From the NCBI GenBank assembly GCA_942493095.1, contig OW818675.1, positions 1,050,001 to 1,082,000 of the forward strand: a stretch of 32,000 bases of DNA, read 5' to 3'. The stretch is from Candidatus Electronema halotolerans (GTDB lineage: Bacteria; Desulfobacterota; Desulfobulbia; Desulfobulbales; Desulfobulbaceae). Both the position numbers and the translations under genes were made by a program. Of the stretch, positions 8,106 to 17,651 are shown piece by piece (positions within the stretch are counted from its first letter, which is position 1; each line of letters starts with the position of its first letter). The notes under the pieces are model-generated. The model saw only the letters and a list, made by a program, of their open reading frames with translations, made no database searches and was not told where the DNA came from.

Positions 8106-9272
8106 ATGAAGCAGCCGGAAACAGCCTACTGGGTCGCCTCGATGCTCGGCATGAAAAAAGGGGTCTCCGATCTGAACATCACGGTCGGCAGGCCGCTGCA
8201 AGTCGAAATAGACGGCGCGCTCACGCCAGTGACGGTGGAGCCGCCCGTGGAGGAGCTGACTCCGTTTCAGGCGGAAGTTTTCGCCCTCAACCTGATCAAC
8301 GGCAACCAGCGGCTGCTCAAGGATTTGGTTCAGACCGGCTCCTGCGATCTTTCCTACATGCTGGAGGGCAAGGCCCGCTTCCGCGTCAATGTCTTCACGC
8401 AGAAAAACTGCTACTCCTCCGTCCTGCGAAAGCTGGAAACCAAGATTCCCTCAATTGACGACTTCGGCTTTCCTGAATGCTTCCGCAAAATGGCCAAAGA
8501 ACGCAACGGCCTGATTCTCTTCACCGGTGGCACCGGCACGGGCAAGACCACCTCTTTGGCCTCGATCCTGAATGAGATCAACGAAACCCGCCCTGTGCAT
8601 CTCGTCACCTTGGAAGATCCGATAGAATACGTCCATCAGCATAAAACAGCCACCTTCAACCAACGTGAGCAGGGCGATGACTTTGACACTTTTGCCAGCG
8701 GCCTGCGCGCCGCCTTGCGGCAGGCGCCAAAAGTCATTCTCGTGGGCGAGGTCCGCGACCGGGAAACCTTGGAGATTGCCCTGACCGCTGCCGAGACCGG
8801 CCACGTGGTCTTCTCCTCCCTGCACACCATTGACACCGGCCAGACCATCAACCGCGTCATCGGCATGTTTGACTATGAGGAGCAGGCTCAAATCCGGGTG
8901 CGGCTGGCTGACACCATCCGCTGGATCGTCAGCCAGCGGCTCCTGCCGAAAAAAGGCGGCGGTCGGGTGGCGGCCTTGGAGATACTCCACACCAGCCTGC
9001 GGGTCAAGGACCTGATTCTCAACGGCGAGGACGTGGCTGCGGACAAAACCTTCTATAATGTCGTTGCAGACGGCGTGACCTTGGACATGCGCACCTTTGA
9101 CCAGCATATTCTTCAGCTTTTCACAGATGAGCTAATCACCGAGGATGTCGCCCTGACTTATTGCAGCAACAGTAGCGTGGTCAAGCGGGGCATGGACAAC
9201 ATCCGGGCCGAGCGCGGAGAAACCACCTCCAACATAACCGGCTTGGCAATGGAACAGGAAGAAGAAAAATAA
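8106..9272 (+). CDS. PilT/PilU-type pilus retraction (twitching motility) ATPase
   Basis: MKQPETAYWVASMLGMKKGVSDLNITVGRPLQ, Walker A FTGGTGTGKTTSLASI, VTLEDPIEYVHQH, AALRQAPKVILVGEVRDRETLEIALTAAETGHVVFSSLHTIDTGQTINRVI. Confidence 0.9.
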   Translation: MKQPETAYWVASMLGMKKGVSDLNITVGRPLQVEIDGALTPVTVEPPVEELTPFQAEVFALNLINGNQRLLKDLVQTGSCDLSYMLEGKARFRVNVFTQKNCYSSVLRKLETKIPSIDDFGFPECFRKMAKERNGLILFTGGTGTGKTTSLASILNEINETRPVHLVTLEDPIEYVHQHKTATFNQREQGDDFDTFASGLRAALRQAPKVILVGEVRDRETLEIALTAAETGHVVFSSLHTIDTGQTINRVIGMFDYEEQAQIRVRLADTIRWIVSQRLLPKKGGGRVAALEILHTSLRVKDLILNGEDVAADKTFYNVVADGVTLDMRTFDQHILQLFTDELITEDVALTYCSNSSVVKRGMDNIRAERGETTSNITGLAMEQEEEK

Positions 9273-9284
9273 CGGAGAAGCACA

Positions 9285-10004
9285 ATGATCAGCAACTGTC
9301 CCCACTGCCAGGGCGCGCTCAAATTCAATGCCGCCCAGCTTGACAAGATCGGCCAAGCCCTCAAGGCCCTCAAGCCGGGTCAGCGGCTGCCGCTCAAATG
9401 TCCGCACTGCACCAAGCCGCTGAATCTTGATGCTGCCGGGAATCCGCCCGGCGCGGCCCCAAAAGCGGCTGCCGCTCCCAAGGCTGCGGAGGCGGTCAAA
9501 CCGCCGCCGCCGCCCAATTTGGAATGGCTGAAGAGCCAGAAAGATGATGATGGAATATTAGGCGGCGGTGCCAGAGACGTGCCCATGGCCTTGGTGCTTC
9601 ATGGTGATGACAACATGCGCCATCTGATCAAGTCTTCGATGGAGGCTCTTGGCTATCAGGCTGTGTCAGTCAATTCAGGGGAGGAAGCCATTCATGAGGC
9701 AAACGCGACCAGCTACGCCTGCATCATCTATCACACCGGTTTTGAACCGGGCGCGCTGAAGGAATCGACGTTTCACAACTACATGCGCAATATGTCCATG
9801 TCCCGGCGGCGCATGATTTACTATATCCTCATGGGACCGGAATTCATCAGCCTCTATGACATCCAAGCCTTGGCCAACAGCGCCAACTTGGTGGTCTCAG
9901 ACAAGGACATGAAAAATTTCCAGCCCATCCTCCACAGAGCCATTCCCTATTACGAGCAGCTCTTCGGCCCGCTGCTGGAGGAACTCAGCGCCTACGGCAA
10001 GTAG
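9285..10004 (+). CDS. Zinc-ribbon plus receiver-like domain protein
   Basis: Two CPHC motifs near the N-terminus, a Pro/Ala linker (AAAPKAAEAVKPPPPP), then a receiver-like fold (MALVLHGDDNMRHLIKSSMEALGYQAVSVNSGEEAI). Confidence 0.65.
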   Translation: MISNCPHCQGALKFNAAQLDKIGQALKALKPGQRLPLKCPHCTKPLNLDAAGNPPGAAPKAAAAPKAAEAVKPPPPPNLEWLKSQKDDDGILGGGARDVPMALVLHGDDNMRHLIKSSMEALGYQAVSVNSGEEAIHEANATSYACIIYHTGFEPGALKESTFHNYMRNMSMSRRRMIYYILMGPEFISLYDIQALANSANLVVSDKDMKNFQPILHRAIPYYEQLFGPLLEELSAYGK

Positions 10005-10150
10005 CGGCCAAACAGGGTCTTGGCTGAAAAAAAAGACGGCCCGCCGCAGGAAAGTATTGTTTTGCAGCAAGATATCTGGTAAAAGTCCTTTTTTGCAGCC
10101 GCTGCCTGCGGGAGGCGGCGGAAAGATCAACCATAAACTCATTTTATTTA

Positions 10151-10177
10151 CTGCCGGACAGCCTCGCTGGTCGGCAG
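10151..10177 (+). promoter_or_regulatory. Stem-loop in the rpsA leader just upstream of the ribosome binding site
   Basis: CTGCCG-GA-CAGC-CTC-GCTG-GT-CGGCAG: 6 bp plus 4 bp stem, adjoining the AGAGGAAC ribosome binding region. Confidence 0.45.
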
Positions 10178-10192
10178 AGGAACGGCAAATCC

Positions 10193-11947
10193 ATGACTGA
10201 CAAGGGAATTCAGGCAGCGGCGGCGGAAGAGAATGACATGGAAGATATCAGCTTTGCTGAACTCTTCGAGCAGGAAGACAACAACACGGTGATCAATGTT
10301 CAGGAAGTGGCTATTGGCACGGTTGTTGATGTGAATGCTGACGCAGTGCTCATTGATGTCGGCGACAAGGCGGAAAGCTTCATCCCGATCGGTGAATTCA
10401 GAGGCGATGACCCTGACCGGGTGATCAAGATCGGCGATCAGTTTGAAGTCTTCATCGAAAAGCGGAAAGAGGAAGGCGGCCTGCTGCTGTCCCGCGAAAA
10501 GGCCATCGCCATCAAGGTCTGGGAGGAAATCGCCAGAATTCAGGAGGAGGACGGCACCATTCAGGGCCGGATCGAGAGCCGGGTCAAGGGCGGCATGTCC
10601 GTGGATATCGGGGTGCCCGCCTTCCTGCCCTACTCGCAGATCGACCTCCGTCCGGTCAAGGACATGGACGAGCTGATTGGTGAGAGCTTTGATTTCAAAA
10701 TTCTCAAGTTCAACCGCAAGCGGAACAACGTGGTCATCTCCCGCCGGGCCATTCTGGAGGAGGCGCGGGCCAAGCTGCGCGAGGAGATGCGCTCCACCCT
10801 CAAGGAAGGCCAGGTCATCAGCGGCGCGATCACCAACATCACCGACTACGGCCTGTTCATCGATCTGGGCGGCATGGACGGCCTCTGCCATATCACGGAC
10901 CTGTCTTGGGGCCGGGTCTCGCATCCCTCCAAGCTCTACACCGTGGGTCAGGAGATCGAGGTCAAGGTGCTGAAATACGATCAGGAGACTGACCGGGTTT
11001 CTCTGGGCGTGAAGCAGCTTCGTCAGGATCCGTGGGAGACCGTGCCGGAGACCTATCCGTCAGGCAAGAAAGTGACCGGCAAGGTGGTTTCCATCACCGA
11101 CTACGGTGCCTTTGTCGAGCTGGAAGAGGGTGTCGAGGGCTTGGTCCATATCTCTGAGATGAGCTGGTCCAAAAAACCGCGTCATCCTTCCAAAATCGTC
11201 AGCGTCAGCGCGGAAATCGAAGTGCAGGTGCTCAAGGTTGAGGCCGAGACCAAACGCATTTCCCTTGGCATGAAGCAGCTCCAGCCCAATCCGTGGGATT
11301 TGGTCGAGGAAAGCTATCCCATCGGGGCGATCATTGAGGGCAAGATCAAGAACATCACTGACTTCGGCATTTTCATCGGCATTGAGGAGGGCATTGACGG
11401 CCTGATTCATGTCTCTGACTTGTCGTGGACAGAACGGATCAAGCATCCTTCGGAAAAGTATGCCAAGGGCGAGTCCATTCAAGCCGTGGTCTTGAAAATC
11501 GACAAGGAGAACGAGCGCTTCTCTCTGGGTGTCAAGCAGCTCAAGCCGGATCCGTGGCAGGAGGTGTTTGTCAACTATCCGATTGGCAGCACAGTGGAGG
11601 GCACGATCACCAATGTGACCGAGTTCGGCATTTTTGTCCAGCTGGAGGAAGGCATTGAAGGTCTGGTGCATGTCTCTGAGATCAGCAGGGACAAGGTCAA
11701 GACCCCGGTCGGCCAGTTCAATATTGGCGACACCTTGAAGACCACAGTCATCAATGTTTCTTCGGAAGACCGCAAGATCGGTCTTTCTCTCAAGGCCTTT
11801 GAGGAGGAGGAGGACAGCAGCGGCGGAGAGAGTGCCAAAACTGCCGGGACTGAAGAAGCGGCGCCCAAGGCGCAGAAAAGCTCCGGGCCTTCGACTTTCG
11901 GAGACCTGCTCAAAGCAGCGGCAGCATCAGGGGATACAGAGGAATAA
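10193..11947 (+). CDS. rpsA: 30S ribosomal protein S1 (six S1 repeats)
   Basis: Repeated S1 motifs such as GKVVSITDYGAFVELEEGVEGLVHISEMSW, GKIKNITDFGIFIGIEEGIDGLIHVSDLSW and GTITNVTEFGIFVQLEEGIEGLVHVSEIS. Confidence 0.96.
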   Translation: MTDKGIQAAAAEENDMEDISFAELFEQEDNNTVINVQEVAIGTVVDVNADAVLIDVGDKAESFIPIGEFRGDDPDRVIKIGDQFEVFIEKRKEEGGLLLSREKAIAIKVWEEIARIQEEDGTIQGRIESRVKGGMSVDIGVPAFLPYSQIDLRPVKDMDELIGESFDFKILKFNRKRNNVVISRRAILEEARAKLREEMRSTLKEGQVISGAITNITDYGLFIDLGGMDGLCHITDLSWGRVSHPSKLYTVGQEIEVKVLKYDQETDRVSLGVKQLRQDPWETVPETYPSGKKVTGKVVSITDYGAFVELEEGVEGLVHISEMSWSKKPRHPSKIVSVSAEIEVQVLKVEAETKRISLGMKQLQPNPWDLVEESYPIGAIIEGKIKNITDFGIFIGIEEGIDGLIHVSDLSWTERIKHPSEKYAKGESIQAVVLKIDKENERFSLGVKQLKPDPWQEVFVNYPIGSTVEGTITNVTEFGIFVQLEEGIEGLVHVSEISRDKVKTPVGQFNIGDTLKTTVINVSSEDRKIGLSLKAFEEEEDSSGGESAKTAGTEEAAPKAQKSSGPSTFGDLLKAAAASGDTEE

Positions 11948-12086
11948 TCCACTGTTCCTTCATTTCGGATGCAGAAAAACAGAAGGGTCTCGGTTTCCTG
12001 TCCTGCGGGAAGCCAAGGCCCTTCTTCTGATTTCAGCAGCGACCGGAGGCGAAGGCCGCTCATAAGCAAAAGGAAGCACGATCACT

Positions 12087-12368
12087 ATGCTCAAGCGCGA
12101 ACTGATAAGCGAAGCTGCCGGGCAGCTGGATGAATATTACAAACAGGACATCGCTCAAGCTCTTGATGTCATTCTCGAAGAAATCACCAACGCCCTGACT
12201 GAAGGACGCAGGGTGGAAATTCGCGGCTTTGGCAGCTTTTCGGTGCGCACCCGCAGACCGAGAACGACCAAGAATCCGAAAACCGGCAAAATGATGGATA
12301 TCCCATCTCGGAAAACCCTGCATTTCACCATGAGCAAGTCGCTCAAGGAAGTGCTGATCGAAGAATGA
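12087..12368 (+). CDS. ihfB: Integration host factor beta / HU-family DNA-binding protein
   Basis: VEIRGFGSFSVRTRRPRTTKNPKTGKMMDIPSRKTLHFTMSKSLKE; located directly downstream of rpsA, the same order as rpsA-ihfB in many Proteobacteria. Confidence 0.85.
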   Translation: MLKRELISEAAGQLDEYYKQDIAQALDVILEEITNALTEGRRVEIRGFGSFSVRTRRPRTTKNPKTGKMMDIPSRKTLHFTMSKSLKEVLIEE

Positions 12369-12430
12369 GGCAGGATGCCTGCTGGCCATCAGCAGGCCTG
12401 TGCGCGAACAGATCACGTGACTCTTGAAGC

Positions 12431-13282
12431 TTACTGATGAGCTGCGGGCACCGCCCAATCCAAGCCAATATCACAGGCCGGGGCTGAGTGGGTGAGTGCG
12501 CCGACCGAGATAATATCCACCCCGGTCTCGGCAATGGCCCGCACAGTCTGCAAACTGACCCCGCCGGAGGCTTCAACCACTGCCCGTCCGTCAATCAGCT
12601 TCACCGCCTGCCGCATGGCCATTGTGTCCATGTTGTCGAGCATGATGATCTGCACCTTGCAGCCCAGGCATTCCTCCACTTGAGCCAAGGTCTCGGTCTC
12701 CACCTCAATGGCGATAGTGTGCGGCACTGCCGCCCGCGCCCGCTGCACCGCCTCGCTGATTGAGCCGCAGGCGGCAATGTGATTGTCTTTGATCAGCACC
12801 CCGTCGCTGAGGCTGAAGCGGTGATTTCTGCCGCCGCCGCAGCGCACTGCGTATTTTTCCAATAAGCGCAGGCCGGGCGTGGTCTTGCGGGTGTCAGTGA
12901 TCGCGGCCTTGCAGCCCTGCACTGCCTCGACATATTTTCGGGTCAAGGCGGCAATGCCGCAGAGCCGCTGGACTAAGTTCAGGGCCACCCGCTCGCCCCG
13001 CAGCAGGCTTGGCACTGGCCCGCTGATCTTGAGCAGCGTTTCCCCTGCCGCAACCTGCTGGCCATCCGCAGCCAGCGGCTCAACATGCACCTGTTCGTCC
13101 AAAAGGCGGAACACTCTGGCCGCGACAGTCTCCATGCCAGCGGCAATCAGCGGCTCCCGCGCCCGCATCACTGCCGCCGCCCTTTCGCTGCCGGAAAAAA
13201 TCGCTTCCGTGGTGATGTCGCCGTGTTCCAAGTCTTCGCGGACAAAGCCGCGCAGCAGTTCGTCAATAAGAAAAGTGTTCAT
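12431..13282 (-). CDS. nadC: Nicotinate-nucleotide pyrophosphorylase (carboxylating)
   Basis: LEHGDITTEAI, ERVALNLVQRLCGIAALTRKYV, TDTRKTTPGLRLLEKYAVRCGGGRNHRFSLSDGVLIKDNH, IIMLDNMD, VEASGGVSLQTVRAIAETGVDIISVGALTHS. Confidence 0.95.
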   Translation of the reverse strand: MNTFLIDELLRGFVREDLEHGDITTEAIFSGSERAAAVMRAREPLIAAGMETVAARVFRLLDEQVHVEPLAADGQQVAAGETLLKISGPVPSLLRGERVALNLVQRLCGIAALTRKYVEAVQGCKAAITDTRKTTPGLRLLEKYAVRCGGGRNHRFSLSDGVLIKDNHIAACGSISEAVQRARAAVPHTIAIEVETETLAQVEECLGCKVQIIMLDNMDTMAMRQAVKLIDGRAVVEASGGVSLQTVRAIAETGVDIISVGALTHSAPACDIGLDWAVPAAHQ

Positions 13283-13291
13283 CTGTTCAGG

Positions 13292-14326
13292 TCATGCTGA
13301 TTGCGCTGAAGAATGCCAGACCCCGGCAATGGCCGAGCCGCAGTCCGGGCACGTGCCTGCAAGCAGCCGGTTGCGCTGCATAAAGAAGCCGCTGCGCCGG
13401 ATCAGCACTGCCCCGCAGGCAGGACAGACCGTGTCTTCGCCTTCCGGGCTGCGGACATTGCCAAGATAGACAAAATGGAGGCCATTGGCCAAGGCAATCT
13501 GCCGGGCGGCAAGCAAACTGGCCGCTGGAGTCGGCTGGCGGTCAAGCATGGTGTAAGCCGGATGAAACGCGCTCAGATGCCACGGCAGGTCTGGGGAAAG
13601 AGCGTGGATGAAGCGGGCGATCTGCTCCAGTTCGGCAGGCGAGTCATTCAGGCCGGGGATGAGCAAGGTGGTGACTTCCACCCAGACCCCCAGCCCGTGC
13701 AGCAGGCGGACTGTATCCAGCACCGGCTTGAGCCGCGCTCCGCAGATGCGGCGGTAGAAGTCCTCGGAAAAGGCCTTGATGTCAATGTTGATCGCATCTA
13801 AATGCGGGGCCAGGGCGCGGGCGCATTCTTCGGTCATGTAGCCGTTGCTGACAAAGATGTTGGCCAAGCCTCGCTCATGGGCCAGCACCATGCAGTCGCG
13901 GGCAAATTCATAAAAGATGGTCGGCTCAACGTAGGTATAGCTGATGCTCTGACAGCCCTGCTGCTGGGCTGCGGCAATGGTCTCCTCCGGGCTGCGCTGA
14001 CTGCCGATGATGCGGCCTTGGTTCAGGCGAGGGTATTGGGAAATCTGGTGATTCTGGCAATGCGCGCAGGTGAAGTTGCAGCCAACCGTGGCAATGGACC
14101 AGGTGCGGCTGCTAGGCAGGAAATGGTGAAGCGGCTTTTTTTCGACCGGGTCAGCGTTCTCAGCAACCAATCGGCCATAGACCAAGGAATGCAGGCTGCC
14201 GTCCCGATTCTCCCGCACGCCGCAGCGGCCCCGGCTTCCCAGCCTGATCCGGCAGCAATGGGCGCAGAGCTGGCAGGAGACTGTGCCGTCCTGTTCGCAG
14301 AATTGCAGTGTCGTGTTCATGGTCAT
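13292..14326 (-). CDS. amrS: AmmeMemoRadiSam-system radical SAM enzyme
   Basis: CQLCAHCCRIRLGSRGRCGVREN, SIATVGCNFTCAHCQNHQISQ (CxxxCxxC-type), YTYVEPTIFYEFA, NIFVSNGYMTEE, and a C-terminal CPxC...CPDCG zinc-ribbon-like tail. Confidence 0.88.
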   Translation of the reverse strand: MTMNTTLQFCEQDGTVSCQLCAHCCRIRLGSRGRCGVRENRDGSLHSLVYGRLVAENADPVEKKPLHHFLPSSRTWSIATVGCNFTCAHCQNHQISQYPRLNQGRIIGSQRSPEETIAAAQQQGCQSISYTYVEPTIFYEFARDCMVLAHERGLANIFVSNGYMTEECARALAPHLDAINIDIKAFSEDFYRRICGARLKPVLDTVRLLHGLGVWVEVTTLLIPGLNDSPAELEQIARFIHALSPDLPWHLSAFHPAYTMLDRQPTPAASLLAARQIALANGLHFVYLGNVRSPEGEDTVCPACGAVLIRRSGFFMQRNRLLAGTCPDCGSAIAGVWHSSAQSA

Positions 14327-14385
14327 TTTCAGAAGACTGTATCGGCATCAGGCTGAGGGACAGTCAGCAGAGATCGCTGCTTTTA

Positions 14386-14449
14386 TTCAGCTTTAGCTGA
14401 AACCATGACTTTCAGTCATCATTGCATTCTATGGGCTTTCATCCCATAG
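14386..14449. promoter_or_regulatory. Cluster of three short hairpins in an intergenic region
   Basis: TTCAGCT-TT-AGCTGAA (14386-14401), ATGAC-TTTCA-GTCAT (14405-14419), CTATGGG-CTTTCAT-CCCATAG (14429-14449). Confidence 0.45.
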
Positions 14450-14497
14450 TTATTTGAATCTCCCGCCAGCACCAATAACATCATCCCCAAGCTCCTC

Positions 14498-14695
14498 TTA
14501 TTCCTGCCCGGCATACGGCGGGCATTTGTCAATATGGAAAATGTCAGCTTCTCTGCCCCATTCCAGTTCTCCTTCGGCTAATTTTCTGGCAATATAGGCG
14601 GTGATGATCCAGTGCCGTCCGGCTGCGCTTTCGCTCACAACCACCACAACAACGTGCTTGCCGTTCCGAAAATCAGCATGCCAGCGTTTCTTCAA
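14498..14695 (-). CDS. Small protein, possibly a fragment of a PBECR-like nuclease-fold protein
   Basis: MKKRWHADFRNGKHVVVVVVSESAAGRHWIITAYIARKLAEGELEW resembles the C-terminal part of PBECR/RelE-like domains by recollection. Confidence 0.4.
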   Translation of the reverse strand: MKKRWHADFRNGKHVVVVVVSESAAGRHWIITAYIARKLAEGELEWGREADIFHIDKCPPYAGQE

Positions 14696-14731
14696 TCAGA
14701 CCGAGGTGCTCCTCCGCCTGGCAGCTGCATC

Positions 14732-15829
14732 TCAGACATTGAAGCGGAAGAGCATGCAGTCGCCGTCCTTGACCACATACTCCTTGCCTTCGGAGCGCAG
14801 CAGGCCTTTGTCGCGGGCTGCCGCCTCAGAGCCGCAGGCCACGTAGTCTTCATAGGCAATGACCTCAGCCCGGATGAAGCCGCGCTCGAAATCGCTGTGG
14901 ATTTTGCCTGCCGCGCCCGGCGCAGTGGTTCCCTTGGTGATGGTCCAAGCCCGTGTCTCTTTCTCGCCTACCGTGAAATAGGTGATCAGGCCGAGCAGCT
15001 CGTAACCAGCCCGGATCAGACGGTGCAGGCCCGGCTCCTCCAAGCCCATGTCAGCCAAGAATTCCTGCTGCTCCGCCGCCTCAAGCTGACTCAGCTCCTG
15101 TTCAATCGCTCCGGCAATCATGATCACTGAAGCTCCTTCCTGCTCGGCAGCCGCCCGCAGGCGGTCAACATGCCGATTGCCTGCGGCAATGTCCTGCTCG
15201 CTGACATTGGCCACATAGAGCACCGGCTTGATAGTGAGCAGGCAGAGTTCGCGCAGCAGCTCCTGCTGGGCCTCAGTGTCTGCCTTGACCAAGCGGGCGG
15301 GCTGGCCCTGATCCAAAATTGCTTGCAACTGCTCCAGAAAGGCGGCTTCGGCTATGAACTTCTTGTCCCCGGACTTGGCCTGACTCAGGGTCTTTTTCAG
15401 GCGTTTGCTGACTGTTTCCAGATCAGCCAAGACCAACTCCGTGCTGATGACTTCCGCATCCCGGATCGGGTCAAGCGAGCCGTCAACATGGACAATGTTG
15501 TCGTCCTCAAAGCAGCGCACCACATGCAGCACCGCATCCACTTGGCGGATATGGCCGAGAAACTGATTGCCCAGCCCCTCGCCCTGCGAAGCCCCTTTGA
15601 CTAAGCCGGCAATGTCAACAAACTCCATCTGGGTCGGCACCGTTTTTCGGGTTTTGGCCAAGTCAGACAAGATGTCGAGCCGCTTGTCCGGCATTGGCAC
15701 CACCCCCACATTCGGCTCAATAGTGCAGAAGGGATAGTTTTCCGCTGCAATGGCTGCTGCGGTCAAGGCATTGAAGATGGTTGATTTTCCCACATTGGGC
15801 AGGCCGACTATGCCGCACTGGAACCCCAT
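14732..15829 (-). CDS. ychF: Redox-regulated ATPase YchF (Obg-like)
   Basis: [84 protein letters not shown] domain [42 protein letters not shown]. Confidence 0.96.
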   Translation of the reverse strand: MGFQCGIVGLPNVGKSTIFNALTAAAIAAENYPFCTIEPNVGVVPMPDKRLDILSDLAKTRKTVPTQMEFVDIAGLVKGASQGEGLGNQFLGHIRQVDAVLHVVRCFEDDNIVHVDGSLDPIRDAEVISTELVLADLETVSKRLKKTLSQAKSGDKKFIAEAAFLEQLQAILDQGQPARLVKADTEAQQELLRELCLLTIKPVLYVANVSEQDIAAGNRHVDRLRAAAEQEGASVIMIAGAIEQELSQLEAAEQQEFLADMGLEEPGLHRLIRAGYELLGLITYFTVGEKETRAWTITKGTTAPGAAGKIHSDFERGFIRAEVIAYEDYVACGSEAAARDKGLLRSEGKEYVVKDGDCMLFRFNV

Positions 15830-16064
15830 GAATCACCTCGCTCTGCTGCTGAAAAAAGGAATGAGAGAAATTGTGTTCCGGGCAATAAACCATGTCAGGC
15901 GGTTTTGCGGAAGCAATTTTTGCGTGTTGTGTTGTCAAAACAACCAAGACAGGAGAGTTCCCATTGACGGGAGCGGCATTATCGGCTGTAATAGGCCGAC
16001 CGACAGCGGAGACCAGCAGCCCTGTTCTCCGCTCTTCCCCCGAAAAAAGACAGAGAGCTGTATC

Positions 16065-17240
16065 ATGACCATCTCCCGGAAAATGCTCGCCTTTGCTGAA
16101 AGCTCCTCGTGGATTCGCAAAATGTTTGAGCAAGGCGCACGGATGAAGACCGAGTTTGGCCCGGAAAACGTCTTTGACTTCAGCCTCGGCAATCCCGACT
16201 TGTCGCCCCCGCCCCAGTTCTCCCACGTGCTGGCCGAGCTGGTCCGCGACGATACGCCGGGCTGTCATGCCTACATGCCTAACAGCGGTTATCCGCAGGT
16301 CCGCGCAGCTTTGGCCGCCAAGCTGGCGCAGGAGCAGGGCGCGGCTGTCACGGCAAGTGATGTGCTCATGACCTGCGGCGCGGCAGGCGGCCTGAACGTG
16401 ATCATGAAGGCCCTGCTTGATCCGGGTGACGAGGTCATTGTCTTCAGCCCGTATTTTGTCGAATACACCTTCTATGTTGATAATCACGGCGGGGTGCTCA
16501 AGATCGTGCCCACCGATGCCGAGTTCAACCTTGATCTTGCCGCCATTGAGGCCGCCCTGAATGAAAAGACCAAGGCCGTGTTGATCAACAGTCCCAACAA
16601 CCCGACCGGGCAGGTCTATAGCGCGGAGTCGCTGGCCGCGCTGGGCAAGCTGTTAGACAGCACAGGAGAACGGCTGGGCCGCAGCATCTATTTGCTTGCT
16701 GATGAACCCTACCGCAAAATTGTTTATGATGGCATCACAGTGCCGTCGGTCATGGCCGCGAGCCGCAACGCCATTGTCGTTTCTTCGTATTCCAAAGACT
16801 TATCCCTGCCCGGCGAGCGCATCGGCTATGTCGCTGTCCATCCTGAGATGCCGGACAAGGCAGCCCTGCTCAATGCCATGACCTTGGCCAACCGGATTCT
16901 CGGCTTTGTCAATGCCCCGGCCCTGATGCAGCGGGCTGTGGCCCGGCTGCAAGAGGTGAGCGTTGACATGTCCATTTATGCGCGGCGGCGGCAACTTTTC
17001 TGCGAGGTGCTGGACGCGGCAGGCCTGCCCTGCGTCAAGCCCAAGGGCGCATTCTATCTTTTCCCGAAAACGCCGATTGATGACGTGGAATTCTGCAAGC
17101 TGCTGCTGGAGGAAAAAATTCTGGCCGTGCCGGGCCAAGGCTTTGGCAGGCCCGGCCATATTCGGCTGGCCTTCTGTGTCGAGGAGAAGGTGATCAACGG
17201 TGCTGCGGAAGGTTTCAGGCAGGTGATGGCAACACTATGA
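16065..17240 (+). CDS. Pyridoxal phosphate-dependent class I/II aminotransferase
   Basis: FSLGNPDLSPPP, HAYMPNSGYPQVRAALA, INSPNNPTGQVYS, YLLADEPYRKIVYDG, SSYSKDLSLPGERIGYVAV. The 15750 track start is replaced by the ATG at 16065. Confidence 0.9.
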   Translation: MTISRKMLAFAESSSWIRKMFEQGARMKTEFGPENVFDFSLGNPDLSPPPQFSHVLAELVRDDTPGCHAYMPNSGYPQVRAALAAKLAQEQGAAVTASDVLMTCGAAGGLNVIMKALLDPGDEVIVFSPYFVEYTFYVDNHGGVLKIVPTDAEFNLDLAAIEAALNEKTKAVLINSPNNPTGQVYSAESLAALGKLLDSTGERLGRSIYLLADEPYRKIVYDGITVPSVMAASRNAIVVSSYSKDLSLPGERIGYVAVHPEMPDKAALLNAMTLANRILGFVNAPALMQRAVARLQEVSVDMSIYARRRQLFCEVLDAAGLPCVKPKGAFYLFPKTPIDDVEFCKLLLEEKILAVPGQGFGRPGHIRLAFCVEEKVINGAAEGFRQVMATL

Positions 17241-17650
17241 AAACAGTCTCTTATTCATCTTTCACCATACGTAACACCATGAAAAAACTGCTCATCATCC
17301 TGCTGTTCTGTGTTCCCGCATCCGCTTTTGCCAACTCGGCCTGCGACAAGCCGACAAATGACTTTGACGGCCTCTACTGTCTGAACAAAGTCTATCAGGA
17401 GGCGGACAAGGAGCTGAACGACATCTACAAGAAGCTGCGGGAAAAGTTGGACAGCGCAGGCAGAAAGGTGCTCAAGGAGGGCCAGCTTGCTTGGATGGAG
17501 GAGCGGAACAGCACCTGCTCCAGGCATGAAGGCGGCCAGTTCTATGTCAATCTTGACTGCGCTGCCGCCACCACGATCAAGCGCTCCCAGTTTCTTCAAG
17601 ACCGGCTGCGGGAATGCCTCAGCTCCGGCTGCCAGAACAGCAAGTTATAA
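17237..17650 (+). CDS. Secreted DUF1311 / LprI-like lysozyme-inhibitor-domain protein
   Basis: Signal peptide MKKLLIILLFCVPASAFA, then CDKPTNDFDGLYCLNKVYQEADKELNDIYKKLREKLD...LKEGQLAWMEERNSTC. The start overlaps the previous stop (ATGA); an alternative start is 17279. Confidence 0.78.
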   Translation: MKTVSYSSFTIRNTMKKLLIILLFCVPASAFANSACDKPTNDFDGLYCLNKVYQEADKELNDIYKKLREKLDSAGRKVLKEGQLAWMEERNSTCSRHEGGQFYVNLDCAAATTIKRSQFLQDRLRECLSSGCQNSKL

Positions 17651-17651
17651 C

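Noticed and set aside
11060-11671. 203 aa ORF antisense to rpsA (and similar shadows over hisS, nadC, recJ and ychF)
   Set aside because: Explained by high GC and codon bias of the real gene on the other strand.
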